From Ostreococcus lucimarinus (taxonomy: Eukaryota), in the NCBI GenBank assembly GCA_000092065.1, contig CP000583.1: 64,000 nucleotides of DNA. The stretch is one strand, 5' to 3'. The translations under genes were made by a program, and so were the position numbers. The notes below the pieces were generated by a model. It was not told the DNA's origin. It was given only the letters and a program-made list of their open reading frames with translations, and made no database searches. Below are positions 59,450-64,000 of this stretch, piece by piece (within the stretch, counting starts at the first letter, position 1; each line of letters opens with the position of its first letter).

Positions 59450-61042
59450 TCACAAGGACGCGGCGGCCAAGCGACCGGTCAATAAATCAACGTCGACGTC
59501 GTCTTCGCCGATGAAAGGAAAGACGGCGGGGGAAGAGGGAAGACGAGCGGTGAGGACTTCGACGCCGTCGTCGGTGCACACCATGGTGTGCTCGTACTGC
59601 GCGCTTCGAGAACCGTCGCGGGTGACGGCGGTCCAGCCGTCGGGCCAGGTGATATCGCGCCAGTCGCCGAGGTTGATCATGGGCTCGATCGTGAAAGAGT
59701 GACCTTTTTTCATCGCGCCCACGGCTTTGTTGTTGGCGTAATGCGGAACGTTCGGGGCGCAGTGGAAGAGAGTGTTGATGCCGTGGCCGCAGTACGTCTT
59801 CACGACGGAACAGTTGTTTCGAGTGGCGTGTCCGGTGACGACGTCACCGATATCTCGATAGCGCGCGCCGGGTTTGACGGTGTCGATCCCTCGCCACAGG
59901 CACTCCAAAGCGACTTTGAGCAAGTGCTTTGATTTTTCATCTACGTCCTCGGGCTTGCCCACGAGGACGGTTTCGTTCAAGTCGCCGTGGTAGCCGTAAA
60001 TGTACGCCGTGACATCAATGTTCACGATATCCCCTTTTTCGAGCGGACGCGCGTCAGGAATACCGTGACAAATCACCTCGTTCACGGAGATGCAACAAGA
60101 CTTCGGAAAGCCGTAATAGTTGAGCGGCGACGGATACCCGCCGTGCGCGGTGATGTAGTTGTGGCAGATGCGATCGAGTTCGTCGGGAACGACGCCCGGG
60201 CGAATCGCGCGAACGACCGCGTCCAGCGCGCCTCGCGACACAATGCAACACTTGTGCAACAATTCCTTCTCGCTCGCGCTCAACTCGTGCATGACTTGTT
60301 GTAAACGAGACTCGGCTTCAGATTTCGGATACGACGTCTCGGCGTAATCCGTCTTCTCCACGTCCGCCGGCACGGGAAGCAACCCTCGAAAGTACCGCTC
60401 GTCGTGAGAAATCTTCGCCGGTCGCAAATCCCCGGTCCACTTAAAGTTTGGCAGCGTTTCGCTCCGCCCCGAACCTTTATCCGCGCAATACAACCACTGC
60501 GTCTCCTTCGTCGGCGCCTCCGGCGTACTCTTCGGCTTCATCGCCCATATCGACGGCGCCGCCGGATCGCACACGCGCGCGTCCATCTCCAACTTACCCT
60601 TCCTAACTACTCCAAACCGCACGACGTTCGTCGAGCACGCCAACCCAACGCTCACGATCACCCCGAACGCGTCTTCGCCGTCGTCGCCCGCCGCGCACGC
60701 CCTCGCGTACGCCCTCGCGTCCTCCCTCTCCAGCCCGCACCCGATCGCGTCCTCCGCGTCGCTCGCGCCGACCATCCGCGCCTTTCGCGCGATCCCTCGC
60801 GCGCGCATCTCCGCGCTCTGCGTCGTCGACATCTCCAGCGCGCGCGTCAGCGCCTCCATCGCCGCGCGCGGGGCTTCGAAGAAGACGGCGCGCGCGCGCG
60901 CGCCATCGTCGTCCCCGCGCGCGCGCCTCGCGGCGTCCACGAGCGCGCGCGCGACGTCCGGATCCGAGAAGAGCGTCTCGCAGAACTTTTCCGCGGTTCG
61001 CGCGGCGTCGCGCGCGGCGTCGCGCATCGCCGGCGTCGCCAT
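59450..61042 (-). CDS. MAP1: Methionine aminopeptidase type 1 (organellar MAP1-like) with ~190-aa N-terminal extension
   Basis: 'YPSPLNYYGFPKSCCISVNEVICHGIPD...GDIVNIDVTAYIYGYHGDLNETV...CGHGINTLFHCAPNVPHYANNKAVG...TIEPMIN' is a MAP1 pita-bread fold. First ATG compatible with the divergent neighbour is at 61040-61042. The track ORF end at 61600 is artefactual. Confidence 0.8.
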   Translation of the reverse strand: MATPAMRDAARDAARTAEKFCETLFSDPDVARALVDAARRARGDDDGARARAVFFEAPRAAMEALTRALEMSTTQSAEMRARGIARKARMVGASDAEDAIGCGLEREDARAYARACAAGDDGEDAFGVIVSVGLACSTNVVRFGVVRKGKLEMDARVCDPAAPSIWAMKPKSTPEAPTKETQWLYCADKGSGRSETLPNFKWTGDLRPAKISHDERYFRGLLPVPADVEKTDYAETSYPKSEAESRLQQVMHELSASEKELLHKCCIVSRGALDAVVRAIRPGVVPDELDRICHNYITAHGGYPSPLNYYGFPKSCCISVNEVICHGIPDARPLEKGDIVNIDVTAYIYGYHGDLNETVLVGKPEDVDEKSKHLLKVALECLWRGIDTVKPGARYRDIGDVVTGHATRNNCSVVKTYCGHGINTLFHCAPNVPHYANNKAVGAMKKGHSFTIEPMINLGDWRDITWPDGWTAVTRDGSRSAQYEHTMVCTDDGVEVLTARLPSSPAVFPFIGEDDVDVDLLTGRLAAASL

Positions 61043-61100
61043 CGCGTCGAAAAGTGGCGCGCGTGTCCCGACGGCGCGGCACACCGCGACGGCGCGCGCG

Positions 61101-61934
61101 ATGGCGACGATCGCGCGCGACGGCGCGCGCGCGACGCGGGCGAACGTCGTCGGACGATCGGGCGTCGCGCGAGGCGCGCGAGGCGCGCGCGCGCGGACGC
61201 GAAGACGGACGGGCGCGCGCGCGAACGGACGGACGAACGGGACGGACCGCGCGCGCGACGCGGCGTCGACGAGCGAGGCGAGCGAGGCGGCGGCGGACGT
61301 GTTCATCGCGTGCGTGCCGCTGGAGGGGATGGAGCGGATCGACGGCGCGATGTTCGGCGAACGAGGAGGGCCGGCGGGGACGTCGCACTGGATGGTGCTC
61401 GTGAGACACGCGGGCGACGAACACGCGGCGGTGTATGATTTTTTGCCGAAGACGCCGAAATCACCGTTCACGGCGGCGAAATTGCTGAGTGGGAACAGCG
61501 TGGAGGGCGTGGTGCGGTCGAGACGCTTGGCGGGGGTGCCGGGACGGCGGTGCTGTCGCGTGGGAGGGACGCGCGCGGGACTGGGCGGACGCATCGCCAT
61601 CGAAGCCGCGATCGCGGCGTTTCACGAGCGATGGGACGCGGACGCGCTGCGCTTGGGGACGAATGATTGTCGGAATCATTCGGTGGAGTTGGCGCGGTGG
61701 TTGACGTGCGATTACGGGTACGGAATAGAGGTTTCGAGCGACGCGAAGGGGACGCTGACGTGTCGGCGAACGGCGACGCCGGCGACGGAGGAGGAGGACG
61801 AAGACGAGGGCAGCGTGGAAATCGTTCCCGTCGACGTCGAACGCGTCTCGCGCGACGTCGCGACGAACGCGTCTTCCAAGGATCGAAAGAACAAGAAGCA
61901 GAAGAAGAAGAAATCGAGCGGCGGTCCGCGTTGA
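61101..61934 (+). CDS. Candidate PPPDE/DeSI-like (permuted papain fold, His...Cys) protein with Arg-rich presequence and Lys-rich tail
   Basis: ATG at 61101. 'VFIACVPLEG...SHWMVLV' then 'LGTNDCRNHSVELARWLT' resembles the PPPDE H / 'NCNHF' C arrangement. Weak; from memory. Confidence 0.35.
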   Translation: MATIARDGARATRANVVGRSGVARGARGARARTRRRTGARANGRTNGTDRARDAASTSEASEAAADVFIACVPLEGMERIDGAMFGERGGPAGTSHWMVLVRHAGDEHAAVYDFLPKTPKSPFTAAKLLSGNSVEGVVRSRRLAGVPGRRCCRVGGTRAGLGGRIAIEAAIAAFHERWDADALRLGTNDCRNHSVELARWLTCDYGYGIEVSSDAKGTLTCRRTATPATEEEDEDEGSVEIVPVDVERVSRDVATNASSKDRKNKKQKKKKSSGGPR

Positions 61935-61999
61935 ATTGAAAGTTGAAAAAGTGTAGTAACCACCGAGTTGTTCGTCGACATTCCACGCCGCGCCGCGCC

Positions 62000-63424
62000 A
62001 TGGGCGTGCACCCCGCGGGGGTGCTGCCGAACGGAAACGCTTTGCTCCTTCCAAGCGCCGACGCCCGCGCGCTTCACGCGCGCAAAACCGCAGGTTTAGG
62101 CGCGCTCGCCGCGCTGGACGACGCGCTTTTACTCTCCGTCTTCGACCGCTTCACGCACGACGACGACGGCGCGAAGACGCTCGCGGCGCTTGCGTCGACG
62201 AGCAAAGCGTGTCGCGCGTTCGCGACGCACGAGGATCTTTGGAAGAGTTTGACGCTGAACGCGTACGGGGGCAAGTTTACGTTTCGAGGGCAGAGTTGGT
62301 TGGCGACGTTTCGAGCGGCGCGAGAGGCGCGAACGAGAAAGCGACCGCGCGAGGACGAAAAGGAAGAGAAAGATCGACGCACGATACAGTGCGAAATATT
62401 CAGCGATGTGCTGCATCAGCGGTACATGTGCGCGGCCATGGATGTGGAGTCGGAATGGGTCGCCGAGGCGTCGACCGTGCCGGAAGCGACGTCGACGATG
62501 AGCGTGGACGAATTCAGGGAAAAGTATGAGAGTTTGAATATCCCGGTCGTGATTCGGGGTGCCGCCAAAAATTGGCCTGCGATGAAGAAGTGGACGCGAC
62601 AAGCGCTGGTGCGGAAGTTCGGTGCGATCGATTTTACGGTGGGCGGGTATGAGATGGCGCTGAAGGATTTCTTTGCCTGCTCGGATGGATGCTCGGACGA
62701 CACTCCGCTTTACTTGTTCGACCCTTTGTTTGGAGAAAAGGCTCCCGAGCTCGCGAACGACTACACCGTGCCAGAGTATTTCGCTCGAGACGATTTATTC
62801 AAGCTCTTGAGCGACGACCGGCCGCATTATCGTTGGCTCATCGTCGGACCGTCCAAGAGCGGCTCCATCTTTCACAAGGATCCCAACGCGACTTCGGCGT
62901 GGAACGCTTGCATCACCGGTCGCAAGCGTTGGATAATGTTTAAGCCCAATCAAAATCCACCAGGCGTGTACCCTTCCGCGGACGGCGCCGAAGTCGCTCA
63001 GCCACACAGCCTCGTCGAATGGTTCACGTCGTTTTACGAGTTCGCGAACAAGGAGGGCGCGCTCGAGTGCGTGTGCGAACCCGGCGACGTGTTGTTCGTC
63101 CCGAGCGGATGGTGGCACATGGCGCTCAATCTCACCGAGTGCATCGCCATCACTCAAAACTACGTCAGCGTCGCAAATCTCCCCAAAGTTTTGGATTTTC
63201 TCGACACAAAGTGCGAAAACTTAGTCTCCGGCTTGGACAAAAATCGCCGCGGCGGCTTATCCGACCGCTTCGTCGCCGCCCTTCGCGCGTCCGGCGACGA
63301 CGCTTTGCTCGCCATCGTCGACGCGCACGCGCGCAAGAAGACAAGCGCGACGCAGAAGGCCAAATCCATCATCGGCGACGCCTTCGCCACCGCGTCTGCG
63401 AGCTCGTTCAGCTTCTCCTTTTAG
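62000..63424 (+). CDS. JmjC-domain (cupin) 2OG-oxygenase with N-terminal F-box-like motif (JMJD6/FIH-like family)
   Basis: 'WLIVGPSKSGSIFHKDPNATSAWNACITGRKRWIMF' and 'GDVLFVPSGWWHMALNLTECIAITQN' are JmjC HxD...H iron-site blocks. ATG at 62000. Confidence 0.75.
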   Translation: MGVHPAGVLPNGNALLLPSADARALHARKTAGLGALAALDDALLLSVFDRFTHDDDGAKTLAALASTSKACRAFATHEDLWKSLTLNAYGGKFTFRGQSWLATFRAAREARTRKRPREDEKEEKDRRTIQCEIFSDVLHQRYMCAAMDVESEWVAEASTVPEATSTMSVDEFREKYESLNIPVVIRGAAKNWPAMKKWTRQALVRKFGAIDFTVGGYEMALKDFFACSDGCSDDTPLYLFDPLFGEKAPELANDYTVPEYFARDDLFKLLSDDRPHYRWLIVGPSKSGSIFHKDPNATSAWNACITGRKRWIMFKPNQNPPGVYPSADGAEVAQPHSLVEWFTSFYEFANKEGALECVCEPGDVLFVPSGWWHMALNLTECIAITQNYVSVANLPKVLDFLDTKCENLVSGLDKNRRGGLSDRFVAALRASGDDALLAIVDAHARKKTSATQKAKSIIGDAFATASASSFSFSF

Positions 63425-63728
63425 CCCGATGTCAGTCACATTCAGCCCAGCCCGGTCGCGACGAATGCTGGCGCGGTCGACGTCACGCCCGCGATGCGGT
63501 CGCGCGCGCGCGTCACAACTCGCCTCTCGGACGCGCGCGTCGACGACGACGCGGACGATGACGACGGCGACGATGATCTCGACCGCGCGCGCGCCCGCGT
63601 CGGCGACGCGACGACGCGCGCGCGGCGTCGCGACGACGACGGCGACGCGACGCGCGGTGGCGACCGCGGCGGCGAACGAAAAGGCGAGCGTGAACGCGGC
63701 GACGGCTGAGCGCGACGCGACGACGACG

Positions 63729-64000
63729 ATGGAAGCGAAGAACTGGGATCTTCCGCGCGCGCCGTACGAGGCCGGGAACGCACCGGCGAATGGGACGTGG
63801 GCGCCGACGAATCAAACGATTAAAGATTGGCGCTCGGTGTATCGCAACACGACGCTGAGCGTCACGGGCGAGGGCGAACCGAAGGCGACGATCGTCGGGG
63901 AGATCCCGAAAGAGTTGAAAGGGACGCTGTTTCGCAATGGACCGGGGTTGTTGGAGATTTACGGGAAGAAGCTGAATCAATTCTTCGATGGCGATGGGTT
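63729..64000 (+). CDS. Carotenoid cleavage oxygenase (CCD/NCED/RPE65 family), 5' part; continues beyond the window
   Basis: 'LKGTLFRNGPGLLEIYGKKLNQFFDGDG' matches the hallmark 'G.L.RNGPG....HWFDGDGM' block. Frame opens after TGA at 63690; ATG at 63729. Confidence 0.7.
   Translation, partial: MEAKNWDLPRAPYEAGNAPANGTWAPTNQTIKDWRSVYRNTTLSVTGEGEPKATIVGEIPKELKGTLFRNGPGLLEIYGKKLNQFFDGDG

Noticed and set aside
60404-61438. 344-aa + ORF and 273-aa minus ORF (Arg-rich)
   Set aside because: Alternative frames and antisense of the MAP1 N-terminal region. Poly-Arg/Ala composition arises from CGC/GCG repeats.
1-64000. tRNA/rRNA genes, CRISPR arrays, transposons, prokaryotic defence islands
   Set aside because: I scanned low-GC and repeat-containing spacers. 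No T-loop (GGTTCGAAT-like) motifs, no regularly spaced direct repeats with unique spacers, and no TIR/LTR structures were seen. All tandem repeats found are short or lie within coding sequence.

Overview
This window is a gene-dense stretch of GC-rich eukaryotic nuclear DNA, not a prokaryotic locus. I found no operons, CRISPR arrays, rRNA, tRNA or transposons. The gene content suggests a Mamiellophyceae-type green picoalga (Micromonas/Ostreococcus-like). Supporting evidence: a plastid/plant-type gene set (Tat-signal lumenal FKBP, HPPD, sterol C24-methyltransferase, AP2/ERF factor, a partial carotenoid cleavage oxygenase) and intergenic spacers of only 26-360 bp. Further evidence: few, short introns with GTGCG donors, and TGTAA-type poly(A) signals. 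I support about 45 protein-coding genes. Recognisable ones include CCT8, SMC1, shugoshin, an LSD1-like demethylase, Nar1/NARFL, a P450, a DHHC palmitoyltransferase, FBXO9 and a CWF19-like protein. Others are dihydroxy-acid dehydratase, MAP1, a TAD3-like deaminase, nicotinamidase, CCDC124, CCDC97 and a C1D/Rrp47-like protein. Caveat on the ORF track: it accepts GTG/TTG/CTG as starts and ignores splicing. Many listed starts are therefore 5' artefacts, and several genes lack their real first exon, which I reconstructed by hand for CCT8, ilvD, shugoshin, an ArfGAP and CCDC124. Most long Arg/Ala-rich ORFs opposite real genes are antisense artefacts of roughly 70% GC DNA. The expected 'novel system' is absent. 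The most interesting items are reported under findings: a metallothionein-like micro-gene, an LVIVD-repeat propeller, a triplicated ARM-like protein with a coding minisatellite, an LSD1-DEK_C-TFIIS-N fusion, extreme 3'-end overlaps, and candidate small ORFs in the only large gaps.
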